Source: a virus
Strand: one strand, 5' to 3'
Length of the DNA: 64,000 nucleotides
IMG/VR virus record: IMGVR_UViG_2756170246_000002
Location: 156-64,155 of that record
Shown here: one piece after another, positions 35,300-44,082 of the stretch
How the letters are laid out: every line of letters begins with the position of its first letter
Numbering within the stretch: position 1 is the first letter of the stretch
Program-made: the position numbers and the translations under genes
The notes under the pieces: generated by a model
Told to the model about the DNA's origin: nothing
Database searches by the model: none
Seen by the model: the letters and a program-made list of their open reading frames with translations, nothing else

Positions 35300-35910
35300 G
35301 CCGCTGCCCTTAGCTGGCAGGTGCCGCAGGCTTGGGAGATGCGAACGTTGGCGATCTCTGGTCCAGCATTGGCAGCATCTACCAGTTCGCGAACATGGGC
35401 GGCGTCTGCACCGTAGCGGCGGACGACGCCGATAAATTCTTCGACGTCATGTCCACGGATGGCGAAGGCCGGCAGGCCGGACTTGCGGAACTTTGGAGCG
35501 CCGAATGCGTCGCGCTCCTGCCCTGCATGATATGTTTCGTGCTCCACCAGCGCCATGAACTCGGCGTCGGAACACGTGTCGCAATATCCCGCATCGAACG
35601 TGAGCAGGAAATCCGGGATGTCGCCGAACCAGTCGAGCATCTGGCGCTCTATCCGGCCGCGCAACCATTTGCCGGCGGGTGGCAGGCCGCGCTCGCATTG
35701 CCCGATGACGGAACGCCCCGCCCTGCCGTTGGGAACATTGGTCCACAGTGCCGCGAGCGTCGCGGAGCGCAGGTGCTTGTGATCTTCGTTGAGAAGGCTC
35801 GCGCCCTCATCGATGAAGCACTGGCGCGCCCAGGTGATGATCTCGGGCGCCGGGCGAAAGATCGGCTCGCCTGAAATTTCGAGGATGTCCTCGGGCGGAC
35901 GAGGCCGCAT
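35296..35910 (-). CDS. Putative phage metallopeptidase
   Basis: LVEHETYH, GHDVEEFIGVVRRYG and CGTC motifs. Confidence 0.8.
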   Translation of the reverse strand: MRPRPPEDILEISGEPIFRPAPEIITWARQCFIDEGASLLNEDHKHLRSATLAALWTNVPNGRAGRSVIGQCERGLPPAGKWLRGRIERQMLDWFGDIPDFLLTFDAGYCDTCSDAEFMALVEHETYHAGQERDAFGAPKFRKSGLPAFAIRGHDVEEFIGVVRRYGADAAHVRELVDAANAGPEIANVRISQACGTCQLRAAA

Positions 35911-36006
35911 GGCGACCGGCGATCCCGCACGTGCTTCGGCCACCGGCCGGAAATCACGCTGCATTGGTTTGAAGCTCCGCTTCGATGAATTTTCGACTGT
36001 ACCCAC

Positions 36007-36035
36007 TTGTAACCAAAATGGTTACGTCCTATCCT
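36007..36035 (+). promoter_or_regulatory. Operator-promoter TTGTAA-N17-TATCCT; operator GTAACCAAAATGGTTAC at 36009-36025
   Basis: Perfect palindrome, 17-bp spacer. Confidence 0.85.
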
Positions 36036-36059
36036 CTACCAGAGGAAGGGGGAACGCTC

Positions 36060-36188
36060 ATGACCCAGTTGCAAGTTCAATCGCTGAGAACGAACCAGCT
36101 TTGGGCGTTGCTGCGCACGAACAATGCGCACAGCGATCAGGTTTACTGGACAAAGGTTGAGTTGCGTCGGCGCGGCTATGCCGTTTGA
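36060..36188 (+). CDS. 42-aa hypothetical protein
   Basis: GGAAGGGG RBS after the operator-promoter. Confidence 0.5.
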   Translation: MTQLQVQSLRTNQLWALLRTNNAHSDQVYWTKVELRRRGYAV

Positions 36189-36271
36189 CGGGCGGATTCG
36201 GGAAGCGGGCACGACAGACTCAGGATGCATGAATCGCTAGCGACCCCCACCACTTCCGTCAAGAACTATTT

Positions 36272-36288
36272 GCAACCATTTTGGCACC
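36272..36288. promoter_or_regulatory. Degenerate operator GCAACCATTTTGGCACC
   Basis: Matches the half-site variants seen at 49530-49567. Confidence 0.5.
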
Positions 36289-36308
36289 ATCCACCACGGA
36301 GAGACACG

Positions 36309-36539
36309 ATGACCTGCGAATGCATCGCCAAAGTCGATGAACTGCTCAAGCCGCACAACACGCGGCTGCAACTGCTCCTGATCCTTAGCGGCCCTAACAG
36401 CGAACTGCCGTACATCGGGACGGAGCAGATCGAGAAGGGGCGCGGCAAGCCTAAGGCGAAGACGATGTTTCCGAGCTTCTGCCCGTTCTGCGGCACGAAA
36501 TACCGCGCCGATGAGGTCGAAAACTCGGCGGCGGCGTAA
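36309..36539 (+). CDS. Zn-ribbon-like hypothetical protein
   Basis: MTCEC...FCPFCGTKY; GGAGAG RBS. Confidence 0.6.
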   Translation: MTCECIAKVDELLKPHNTRLQLLLILSGPNSELPYIGTEQIEKGRGKPKAKTMFPSFCPFCGTKYRADEVENSAAA

Positions 36540-36580
36540 CGGCCTCCACCCAATCACCATCCACACCCATGGAGCGAGCA

Positions 36581-36967
36581 ATGACGAAGATCGATGACGG
36601 CGGGCCGATGTTTCCGACACTCGCGAAGGTAGGCGCTGTGGCTGTATCGGAAGGCGGCATGTCAAAACGCGAGTACTTTGCAGGTCAGGCGCTTGCAGGT
36701 CTGTTCGCGCAGACCGGCCTGACCATTGACATCGATGGATCGCGCTTGGGTGAGAAGCGCGCCGGCGTGTGCGTGGCGATGGCCGACGCGTTGATAGCGG
36801 CCCTTGAAAAGCCGCCTTTCGACCCGTCCGACGTCGAGCGCAAGGTGCGCTACGCCTTCACGGATGGTGCGAGTTTCCCGCCAGCATCCCTCAACAACAT
36901 CGGCGATTGCCGTCTCGCTTGGGTCAACGAGGGCGACATCGGCATGCTCGGCAAGGAAATCGCCTAA
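36581..36967 (+). CDS. Phage hypothetical protein
   Basis: DGGPMFP...GMSKREYFAGQAL motif common in phage early genes. Confidence 0.65.
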   Translation: MTKIDDGGPMFPTLAKVGAVAVSEGGMSKREYFAGQALAGLFAQTGLTIDIDGSRLGEKRAGVCVAMADALIAALEKPPFDPSDVERKVRYAFTDGASFPPASLNNIGDCRLAWVNEGDIGMLGKEIA

Positions 36968-37356
36968 TGGCTTCCGTCCCCTGCAATGGCTGCACCGTGT
37001 GCTGCCGGAACGAACTGATCTTCCTTTATCCAGAGCATGGCGACATCGTTGCGGCCTATGATGCGGAGCCAGCGGTAAATCCCGTCACGGGAAAGACAGG
37101 ATACGCGCTCCGGCGAAATGAGAGCGGCGCTTGCGTCTACCTGGGCGCAGCCGGCTGCACGATCCACGATCGGGCGCCGACGATCTGCAAGACGTTCGAT
37201 TGCCGGTTGTTCCTGCTTCGCTTTGGAGACAGGGCGGGTCAGAGGCGCGCGCTTCATGAGGGGCGGATAGATCGCGAGACCTATGGAGCGGCACGGGCGC
37301 GGCTGCATACGCTTGGCGATTTGGACAAGTCCAACGCCTTGCCAGTCGCGATTTAG
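36967..37356 (+). CDS. YkgJ-family CxxCxxCC zinc/iron-chelating protein
   Basis: CNGCTVCC...CVYL...CTIHDRAPTICKTFDC. Confidence 0.82.
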   Translation: MASVPCNGCTVCCRNELIFLYPEHGDIVAAYDAEPAVNPVTGKTGYALRRNESGACVYLGAAGCTIHDRAPTICKTFDCRLFLLRFGDRAGQRRALHEGRIDRETYGAARARLHTLGDLDKSNALPVAI

Positions 37357-37366
37357 CATATTCCAC

Positions 37367-37395
37367 TTGTAACCAAAACGGTTACACCGTATATT
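37367..37395 (+). promoter_or_regulatory. Operator-promoter TTGTAA-N17-TATATT; operator GTAACCAAAACGGTTAC at 37369-37385
   Basis: One mismatch to the palindrome, 17-bp spacer. Confidence 0.85.
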
Positions 37396-37432
37396 GATCT
37401 GGCTACAAGATTTCCTGCCACGGAGACCCGAC

Positions 37433-37720
37433 ATGCTCGCCCTGCTTCCCCAGACAAAGCCTGAGTTCCTGCGCGATGTCGTGCGCATGAAAAGGAGCCG
37501 CGGCGACACCGACGTGTCCGAGTTCATCGACATCTGCCGCGATTTTGCATCGGGTAGTTTCGCCACGATCGAAGGTGCTGCGCGCCACATGCGCCGGCAG
37601 ACGCAGGGCAAGAGCCGGTTCAACGAATACTGGCGGGCGCGATTTGCCTTCCTTGCCGACCTCGATGCGGTTCTTGACGGCTCGTTTGGGCTCGATTTCA
37701 TGGCGACGACAAATGCTTGA
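37433..37720 (+). CDS. Hypothetical protein
   Basis: GGAGA RBS after promoter. Confidence 0.55.
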   Translation: MLALLPQTKPEFLRDVVRMKRSRGDTDVSEFIDICRDFASGSFATIEGAARHMRRQTQGKSRFNEYWRARFAFLADLDAVLDGSFGLDFMATTNA

Positions 37721-38036
37721 GCGCACCACAATCACCGAAGCGCTCGCCATGTGGTCGCACTGGCATTGCGACATCTCCCCGCTCGGCCCGCGTGGCGACT
37801 ACGCCCTCGACATGCAACTCGCGGATGCCTTCCGTGCCCTGCTCTATCGGCCGGCCCTGAAAGACAGGCTTGCCTGGATCGAGCGGGAGTTGCGCCGCGC
37901 TAGCCGCAGGCGCCCCAGCGACGACCGTTACCACGCCGAAATCATCTCATGGTGGCTCGCGATTTGGGAGACCGAGAAGGCTCCCATCGTTGCCCGCCGT
38001 TTCCACGAAAGGGAGTTGCGTCTATGCGTTTCGTAA
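37713..38036 (+). CDS. Hypothetical protein
   Basis: MLERTT..., overlaps upstream stop. Confidence 0.5.
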   Translation: MLERTTITEALAMWSHWHCDISPLGPRGDYALDMQLADAFRALLYRPALKDRLAWIERELRRASRRRPSDDRYHAEIISWWLAIWETEKAPIVARRFHERELRLCVS

Positions 38037-38470
38037 TGATTGATTCCGGCCTTCGCCGGGTGTTCGACCTGATGACTCCGTGCCGGATCGATGAGGAATT
38101 CATCGGAACAATGGTGCGAGGCGATTCCCTGGAGCGCGTCGAATTGGCCGACGATCTCGACCTTTGGGTCTCATCCGAACCCGTGAAGACGCGCTTCCGG
38201 CTGTTTGCCGACGGTCCGGAGTATGTCGGGAGCGGGTTGCTCATCGGGCGCAGCGCGCTCGGCGACGTGAAGAGCCTGCCGCGCTGGCTGACCTTCGAGG
38301 CGATATCAGGCTGGGTTGTCTGGCCGAGGAGCTACGATGCGCCGCAGCCGCGCCGGAAGATCGCGAGGCCGACCGGGTTTCCCGCGATCGGCCTTCCTCT
38401 CGAAACCTCCCACGGAATCGGGTGCCGAAGCGCCAGAGAGGCTTCTTACGTAGCGCCGATGTATGGCTGA
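38024..38470 (+). CDS. Hypothetical protein
   Basis: MRFVMID..., GGGAG RBS. Confidence 0.5.
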   Translation: MRFVMIDSGLRRVFDLMTPCRIDEEFIGTMVRGDSLERVELADDLDLWVSSEPVKTRFRLFADGPEYVGSGLLIGRSALGDVKSLPRWLTFEAISGWVVWPRSYDAPQPRRKIARPTGFPAIGLPLETSHGIGCRSAREASYVAPMYG

Positions 38471-38517
38471 CGAAAGAAGCCGAGTGGCGTCAGCACAGGT
38501 ATTTTCGTTGGTGCCAC

Positions 38518-38546
38518 TTGTAACCATTTTGGTTACACGCTATGTT
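38518..38546 (+). promoter_or_regulatory. Operator-promoter TTGTAA-N17-TATGTT; operator GTAACCATTTTGGTTAC at 38520-38536
   Basis: Perfect palindrome, 17-bp spacer. Confidence 0.87.
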
Positions 38547-38574
38547 CCTCTCAACACCAGATGAGGACACGGAC

Positions 38575-38904
38575 ATGAACGCCACTGCAATGATCGCACC
38601 TTGGGCCGACAAAACCAGCCACGCCTATGCGCATGGCTTTGACCAGGGCTTCAAGGGCCGCACGTTCCGCAATCCCTGCGCCGGCAACCCTGCCGGGACC
38701 GACAACCACTATTTCGGGTTCCTTGCTGGCGAGACCGCCAAGGCCAAGGGCTTCCTGACCCGCGAGGATTACGAGGCCCACGAAGCCGCCGACGATGAGC
38801 CGGGCGAAACGGTTCGCGCGTCCGAAGTCCACACCTATGGCCCCGGCTCGACCTGTTCGCACGGCATCCGCTGGCCGTGGGCTTGCAACGATTGCGACGC
38901 CTGA
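38575..38904 (+). CDS. Hypothetical protein
   Basis: GAGG RBS after promoter; C-terminal CSHG...CNDC. Confidence 0.55.
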   Translation: MNATAMIAPWADKTSHAYAHGFDQGFKGRTFRNPCAGNPAGTDNHYFGFLAGETAKAKGFLTREDYEAHEAADDEPGETVRASEVHTYGPGSTCSHGIRWPWACNDCDA

Positions 38905-38942
38905 GCCCTTCCCCACCCCCTTGCATCTGGAGAACGACGACA

Positions 38943-39245
38943 ATGGCTAGCGACGAATTCGAAAGCCGACAGGTGCGCAGGCAGTTTGAGCGCAAGGCGA
39001 AGTTGAATGGGCTTGGTCTGTTGGTCTTGCTCGATGCGCCCCTGACTTACGACTGGAACGGCCACAAGGGCATGGAAGTCCAGAGCGCCGGCATGTCGGA
39101 CATCGAGGTTGCTGGCCGTGTCCGCATGCTGATGCGTGACGACTGGAACCACGAGGAAATCTGCACCCTCGCTCGGGACCGTATCATGGGCTTGTCCAAG
39201 CGCCTCGCGGAGTTGCGCGCAGCCATCGCCAAAGCCACGTCCTAG
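38943..39245 (+). CDS. Hypothetical protein
   Basis: GGAG RBS, MASDEF... Confidence 0.55.
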   Translation: MASDEFESRQVRRQFERKAKLNGLGLLVLLDAPLTYDWNGHKGMEVQSAGMSDIEVAGRVRMLMRDDWNHEEICTLARDRIMGLSKRLAELRAAIAKATS

Positions 39246-39293
39246 CACCCCTCTCACGCAACCAAGAACACACCGCAGACCGGAGACAGGGCA

Positions 39294-39728
39294 ATGACGA
39301 CAGGAAACCTTGGATACGCTGATGGCGACACGTGCAACCGCGAAGGTTGCATGGGAACGATCGCGTTCCACGCCTCGGAGAATTGCTCCTGCCATATCAA
39401 CCCGCCGTGCTTTTCCTGCACGTCAGTCACCGCTTTCTGCCCGGTCTGCGAGTGGGAAGAAAAGGACGATCCGCTGGTCGTTCAGGAGATCGCGTCCATC
39501 CATTTCGGATCGGGCTTTGCCTACGTCGAGCGCAAGAAGCGCGTCCTTGATCCGACCAAGATTGATTACCTGATCGAGATGCACAGCAGCGCCTCACAGA
39601 AGGTGATCGGCGTCTATCCCGAAGGCACCAGCCGACAGGAAGTCGAAGCCCGCGTCAAGGGCACCTTCGGCGGGCGCTTCAACTCATTCAAGGACGGGCG
39701 GTTCGAATACATCGCCTACACCGACTGA
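39294..39728 (+). CDS. Cys-rich hypothetical protein
   Basis: CNREGC, CSCHINPPCFSC, CPVC. Confidence 0.6.
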   Translation: MTTGNLGYADGDTCNREGCMGTIAFHASENCSCHINPPCFSCTSVTAFCPVCEWEEKDDPLVVQEIASIHFGSGFAYVERKKRVLDPTKIDYLIEMHSSASQKVIGVYPEGTSRQEVEARVKGTFGGRFNSFKDGRFEYIAYTD

Positions 39729-39759
39729 ACCACACCGCAGACCGAGAAGGAACGAGACG

Positions 39760-40068
39760 ATGACGACGGCAGATGACGACAAGTTCCCACTCACCGCTGA
39801 GGAAGCTGAGAGCCTTTTGGCTGAAGGCGAGTACGTTCACAATTTCATGCAAGCTGGTTTTGCGATCCTTGGTTGCGACTATGGCCGCGCCGAAGCAATC
39901 GCCGCCTTCAAGGCTGCAAAGTCCATCGAGATTGGGGGCGACGGCTGCAAGGGCATGAAGCATCCGATCGTGGTGTTTGGCCCAGATGGCAGGCATTCGT
40001 TCTTCGCTGCTGACATGGCCAAGGTTGAGGCTCTTGAGGCCTCCCGAGCCGCTTCGGTGCCGGCATGA
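39760..40068 (+). CDS. Hypothetical protein
   Basis: AAGGA RBS; coupled downstream. Confidence 0.55.
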   Translation: MTTADDDKFPLTAEEAESLLAEGEYVHNFMQAGFAILGCDYGRAEAIAAFKAAKSIEIGGDGCKGMKHPIVVFGPDGRHSFFAADMAKVEALEASRAASVPA

Positions 40069-40277
40069 ACGCCTTCCACCGTACCTCTCACTTAATGGCA
40101 GAGACACTGGCGGAAAAGCTGGAGTGTCCCTATTGCGGCGCGACGAAGGGTCTCCGCTACAAGCACCGTGGCTACGGGCCGGTGCCGCCCGAAGTGACGT
40201 GCGAAGGGTGTTTCACGCCGCGCGATGACGGCCCGACGTTCGATGATCTGCCGGAAGTCGTGGCGGTGCCAGCATGA
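40065..40277 (+). CDS. Zn-ribbon hypothetical protein
   Basis: CPYCG and CEGC. Confidence 0.5.
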   Translation: MNAFHRTSHLMAETLAEKLECPYCGATKGLRYKHRGYGPVPPEVTCEGCFTPRDDGPTFDDLPEVVAVPA

Positions 40278-40534
40278 ACGCCGCCCGCTTCAACAACGCC
40301 CTCAGAATCCTCCTCTCCCTTGACACCTCCGACCTCATCAATGGAGGAGTAGTCGACCAGAACTGGGGAACGGCGGAAGCTTCATCGCGCGATCAGGTGC
40401 GCGCTTTCCTTTCAGATCCAGTCCGTGAAGCGCTCCGCATGCCGGATGCGAACTTTGATCGGCTGTTTGCGCTGGTCGAGAGCCGGCAGCCGGAGAGCAA
40501 GTCAACCCAAATCAGGAGCGTTTCCCATGTCTGA
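40274..40534 (+). CDS. Hypothetical protein
   Basis: ATGA overlaps. Confidence 0.55.
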   Translation: MNAARFNNALRILLSLDTSDLINGGVVDQNWGTAEASSRDQVRAFLSDPVREALRMPDANFDRLFALVESRQPESKSTQIRSVSHV

Positions 40535-41018
40535 TCAACAGACGCCGCCTCGCCCAACTCGCCTCACTCCCGAAATGGCGTTGCGTGCCGGGCGCGTCGT
40601 TGCCGAGCAACTGTCGAAGGACGGGCACATCGAGCCGCGCCAGTTCAACGACGCTGCGGCAGATATCGCCAGGCATGGCCGGCCCCACATGGACGGCTAC
40701 AAACTGGCGAAGGCCCTCGACGATGACGAGGGCTGGGATTGTGACATGCAGATGGTCGAAGCGCTCGACGACTTTTCACACGCCGCCGACAAGGAAATCA
40801 AGGCAGCACAGAAGGCCTGGGCAGAGGCTAACGACATCAAGCCGCCGTTCCCAGTCGGCACCAGCGTCATCGCGAGGTGGGGCGGCGACGATTACCCGGG
40901 CACGATCGACCAGGTGTTCGGCTACGGCGTGGCGCAATATGCGGTGAAGGCCGACGGCGAGACTGGCACGACGCGCATGATCGTCGATTATGAAAACGTG
41001 CGGGAGGCAGTTCTATGA
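40527..41018 (+). CDS. Hypothetical protein
   Basis: AGGAG RBS, MSDQQTPP... Confidence 0.6.
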   Translation: MSDQQTPPRPTRLTPEMALRAGRVVAEQLSKDGHIEPRQFNDAAADIARHGRPHMDGYKLAKALDDDEGWDCDMQMVEALDDFSHAADKEIKAAQKAWAEANDIKPPFPVGTSVIARWGGDDYPGTIDQVFGYGVAQYAVKADGETGTTRMIVDYENVREAVL

Positions 41019-41815
41019 TCGAGTCGACCGACATTGCCCAGGCGCAGCAGCCGCGCTACATGGACCCGACTCCGGTCGTGTTCGAGCGCAACGGCGAGGT
41101 CTACGCCAACAGCCGTGACGTGGCAGCATATTTCGAGAAAGAGCACCGCCACGTGCTCGACGCCATCGACAACTTGATCAAGGCCGAACCGAACTTGGGT
41201 CTGCTGAAGTTTCGGCAGACCCCATATGTTGAGGCGCAGAACGGTCAAACCTACCGCTCCTATGAAATACACCGCGACGGGTTCACCCTGCTCGCGATGG
41301 GATTCACCGGGCCGAAGGCGCTGCGCTTCAAGATCCGATACATCGACCGCTTCAACGAAATGGAGGCTTCGCTTCGCAAGAGCGCGCCACCGATTGTCGA
41401 CCTGAATGATCCATCCTCCCTCCGCACCCTGCTCTTGAGCTATTCTGACCAGAATATCGAACTCAAAAAGGAGGTCGACCAGCTGCGCCCCTCGCATGAA
41501 GCGCTGGAGCGCATTTCCGAAGCCGATGGCTCGTTTTGCATCACCGATGCGGCGAAAGCGCTCCAGATGCGTCCGAAAGACCTGTTCGCGTGGTTGCGCC
41601 AGAACGGCTGGATTTACCGGCGCTCCGGCTCGGCGCACGATCTCGGCTACCAGTCCAAGACCTCATCCGGATTGCTCGAGCACAAGATCACCACGGTCTT
41701 GCGCGGCGACGGCTCGGAAAAAGTCACGGAACAGGTGCGGATCACAGCAAAGGGCATGACAAGGCTGGCGGTTTTGATCAAGCCGGCGGTGCGACTCATC
41801 GGAGAAAAGCAGTGA
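41015..41815 (+). CDS. Phage antirepressor, Rha N-terminal + ANT/KilAC C-terminal domains
   Basis: NSRDVAAYFEKEHRHVLDAI, DGFTLLAMGFTG, ITDAAKAL...LFAWL...VRITAKG. Confidence 0.92.
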   Translation: MIESTDIAQAQQPRYMDPTPVVFERNGEVYANSRDVAAYFEKEHRHVLDAIDNLIKAEPNLGLLKFRQTPYVEAQNGQTYRSYEIHRDGFTLLAMGFTGPKALRFKIRYIDRFNEMEASLRKSAPPIVDLNDPSSLRTLLLSYSDQNIELKKEVDQLRPSHEALERISEADGSFCITDAAKALQMRPKDLFAWLRQNGWIYRRSGSAHDLGYQSKTSSGLLEHKITTVLRGDGSEKVTEQVRITAKGMTRLAVLIKPAVRLIGEKQ

Positions 41816-42111
41816 GCGGGCCAGTTCGCGTCCAGCTTTCGCGTGCCAAGGGCTGGCGCATGCCAGAGAACACCGTGAGCGTGGCGCGACCGCACAAATG
41901 GGGAAACCCGTACAAGGTCGGATCAATCGACCCTCGCTCGGGCGGCGTGATGGACGCCGATACGGCAGTCGAGAGGTATCTGGCCAACATTCTTCGCAAC
42001 GGCCGGGAATCTGAAATCATCGGCGAACTGCGCGGCAAGAACCTCGCCTGCTTTTGCCGACTTTGCGATCCCTGCCACGCTGATGTGCTGCTCGAACTCG
42101 CAAACGTCTAG
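41812..42111 (+). CDS. DUF4326 domain protein
   Basis: VARPHKWGNPY, LRGKNLACFC...CHADVLLELAN. Confidence 0.88.
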   Translation: MSGPVRVQLSRAKGWRMPENTVSVARPHKWGNPYKVGSIDPRSGGVMDADTAVERYLANILRNGRESEIIGELRGKNLACFCRLCDPCHADVLLELANV

Positions 42112-42129
42112 CAGCCCCGGCAGCGCGCG

Positions 42130-42399
42130 TCAGTCGCCGCTCTTCCCGTCACATGTCCGAGGCTTGCCGCGCTCATCCTGCCCAGGCTCTGGCGGCGTGG
42201 CGTTCGATTTCGAGGCTTCCCGCGCCAAGAGCCTGGTGCATCGCACGCAGTGCTTGAAATCACCAGGCTCAAGCAGCCAGCCAGCCGCTGCATCCTGCGC
42301 GCCACAAAGCGAGCGAGCCAGGCCGGCGCCGACGCGGCGGAAATAGTGTGCGCTGGCGCGCGGTGCCTTCGATGCCCAGCCCTCGCGAAATGCTGCCAT
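42130..42399 (-). CDS. Hypothetical protein
   Basis: Last ORF of the leftward operon; weak support. Confidence 0.4.
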   Translation of the reverse strand: MAAFREGWASKAPRASAHYFRRVGAGLARSLCGAQDAAAGWLLEPGDFKHCVRCTRLLAREASKSNATPPEPGQDERGKPRTCDGKSGD

Positions 42400-42401
42400 C
42401 G

Positions 42402-42677
42402 CTATCTGCTCTCGACCTGGATCACTCGACCCTTTCGAAAAATGCGGTTCGCTTCGACTCGGGCGCTGGTGATCACTACGCCCTCGCGGCGCATCCTGCC
42501 GTTGAAATAGCGCAGCAAGCTAGCGGTGACAGCCCTCCATGCTTCAACTTCGGTTGGGTAGACCATAGGTTTGCCGCCGGGAGCGAGAACCGGCTCGGCC
42601 TGACCGTCCTCTGCGAAGCGCAGCATGGCAAGAAATCCGGTCGGCGTTTCGCGCGTAAACCCTGCAAAGCAGTTCAT
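42402..42677 (-). CDS. Hypothetical protein
   Basis: In-operon ORF with coupled overlap. Confidence 0.55.
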   Translation of the reverse strand: MNCFAGFTRETPTGFLAMLRFAEDGQAEPVLAPGGKPMVYPTEVEAWRAVTASLLRYFNGRMRREGVVITSARVEANRIFRKGRVIQVESR

Positions 42678-42913
42678 ACATTCCGCCTTCCGAAATTGGC
42701 ATCGAACTCTTTGAGCCAGGCCGCGCCCTTTGCTGACGCCTGATACCGCCGCGCATTCTTCGGATCACGATCGAGGAAGCCATTGTCGTGAAGCTTCAGG
42801 CAGGAGCGGATCGAACACGGCCGGATGGCGAGGAACCATGTCCCGCCGATCGATGCGCGCAGGATCGCCTTTTGCGATGGGCCGGGCGCATAGACCTTGC
42901 CGACATAGGTCAT
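42674..42913 (-). CDS. Small winged-helix-like hypothetical protein
   Basis: ATGA overlaps; L...GFL...Y..S.KG pattern. Confidence 0.5.
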   Translation of the reverse strand: MTYVGKVYAPGPSQKAILRASIGGTWFLAIRPCSIRSCLKLHDNGFLDRDPKNARRYQASAKGAAWLKEFDANFGRRNV

Positions 42914-44082
42914 GGCTGATCGCCTTCGATGATCTCGCCCGTCTCAGGGTCATGCGGCGGCAGTTCCGCCTCCAAGCCCCATGCCGACCAATTTGGCCGC
43001 GCCGGACCGCGCCGGTTCAACTCGATCTTCGGCGTGTTCGGCCAAAGCTTGTCGATCCAGTCGAGGAACAGTTCCGGCTTGGCCGAGTGTTCGCCGCTCG
43101 GCGCCATGATCGCTTCGCCTTCGAACCAGGAAGGAAGTTTCGGATCGTACATATCGGGCGCGACCGGATTTCCGCGCGTGGCGACGAGCAGAATCTCATG
43201 CTTGCCGCGGTTCCAGTAGCCGGTGATGATGCGCTCTTTCAGCCAGGCGAACGAGGTGACGTAGCGGGCGTCGGTCTTGACCGGACGGAGATTACCTACC
43301 TCCGCATCACGCTCCAGCACCGCAAAGCCCCATGCGTCGAGGACGCAAATCGCCTCGATCAGCATCGGCGCCGTGGCCCACAGGAACAGTATGCAATCGT
43401 CGGCCGCGATCGACGCGACGTCGCGCGCCATGATCGCGTCGAGGCTGGATGTCGGGTAATGGTTGTCGGCGGCGCGATCCATGCCGGTTTCTCGGCTGTA
43501 TGGCTCGAAGCGCCATTCCGGGTCGGCCAGGATCAGCCCGAACTTTTGGGTCGGCAGCGCGCGCTGCGATGCGGCGAGCTCCGCCTCGCGCTGGTCGCGC
43601 GACATGCGTTTCTCGCCGGCCTTGAGCAGATTGACCGTGACGCGCTCGTTCTCGATTTCGATCCGATTGCGCCAGTCGCCGACCATGGCTTCGAACTCGC
43701 CTTCGGGAACCGCCGCCATCTTCTGGGCTCGCGCCGACATCTTGCGATCGACGCCGACGTCGGAAAGCGTGGGCTGCTCCGGAACCTGTCCCCTCGAGGC
43801 ACTTGTTTTCGGGCGGCCTCCCGGGTTGAGGCCGATCGTGGTCTTCTGCGCCACGATCAATTCGCCCAGCCGGCGCTCGGCGCGAATCCTGATCTCGGCC
43901 GCGTCGACCTCCATCTGATGATTTTTCGCTTGCCTGGCATAGGCGCGCATCGCCTCGGCCTTGTCGTGGAAGTCCTTCACCTCATCGATAGACTTTGCGC
44001 TGGCGAGCGCCATGCAGGCTGCGTCATAGCGAACGAGCGATGAAACGGGCGAGGCGTCGCCGATTGTTTGCGTGCGGATCAT
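42910..44082 (-). CDS. MT-A70-family N6-adenine methyltransferase with helical N-terminal domain
   Basis: ILADPEW, AADNHYPT, LFLWATAPM, KHEILLVATRG, HSAKPE, KIELN. Confidence 0.88.
   Translation of the reverse strand: MIRTQTIGDASPVSSLVRYDAACMALASAKSIDEVKDFHDKAEAMRAYARQAKNHQMEVDAAEIRIRAERRLGELIVAQKTTIGLNPGGRPKTSASRGQVPEQPTLSDVGVDRKMSARAQKMAAVPEGEFEAMVGDWRNRIEIENERVTVNLLKAGEKRMSRDQREAELAASQRALPTQKFGLILADPEWRFEPYSRETGMDRAADNHYPTSSLDAIMARDVASIAADDCILFLWATAPMLIEAICVLDAWGFAVLERDAEVGNLRPVKTDARYVTSFAWLKERIITGYWNRGKHEILLVATRGNPVAPDMYDPKLPSWFEGEAIMAPSGEHSAKPELFLDWIDKLWPNTPKIELNRRGPARPNWSAWGLEAELPPHDPETGEIIEGDQP

Noticed and set aside
42730-44043. 437-aa plus-strand ORF
   Set aside because: Antisense shadow of the MT-A70 gene
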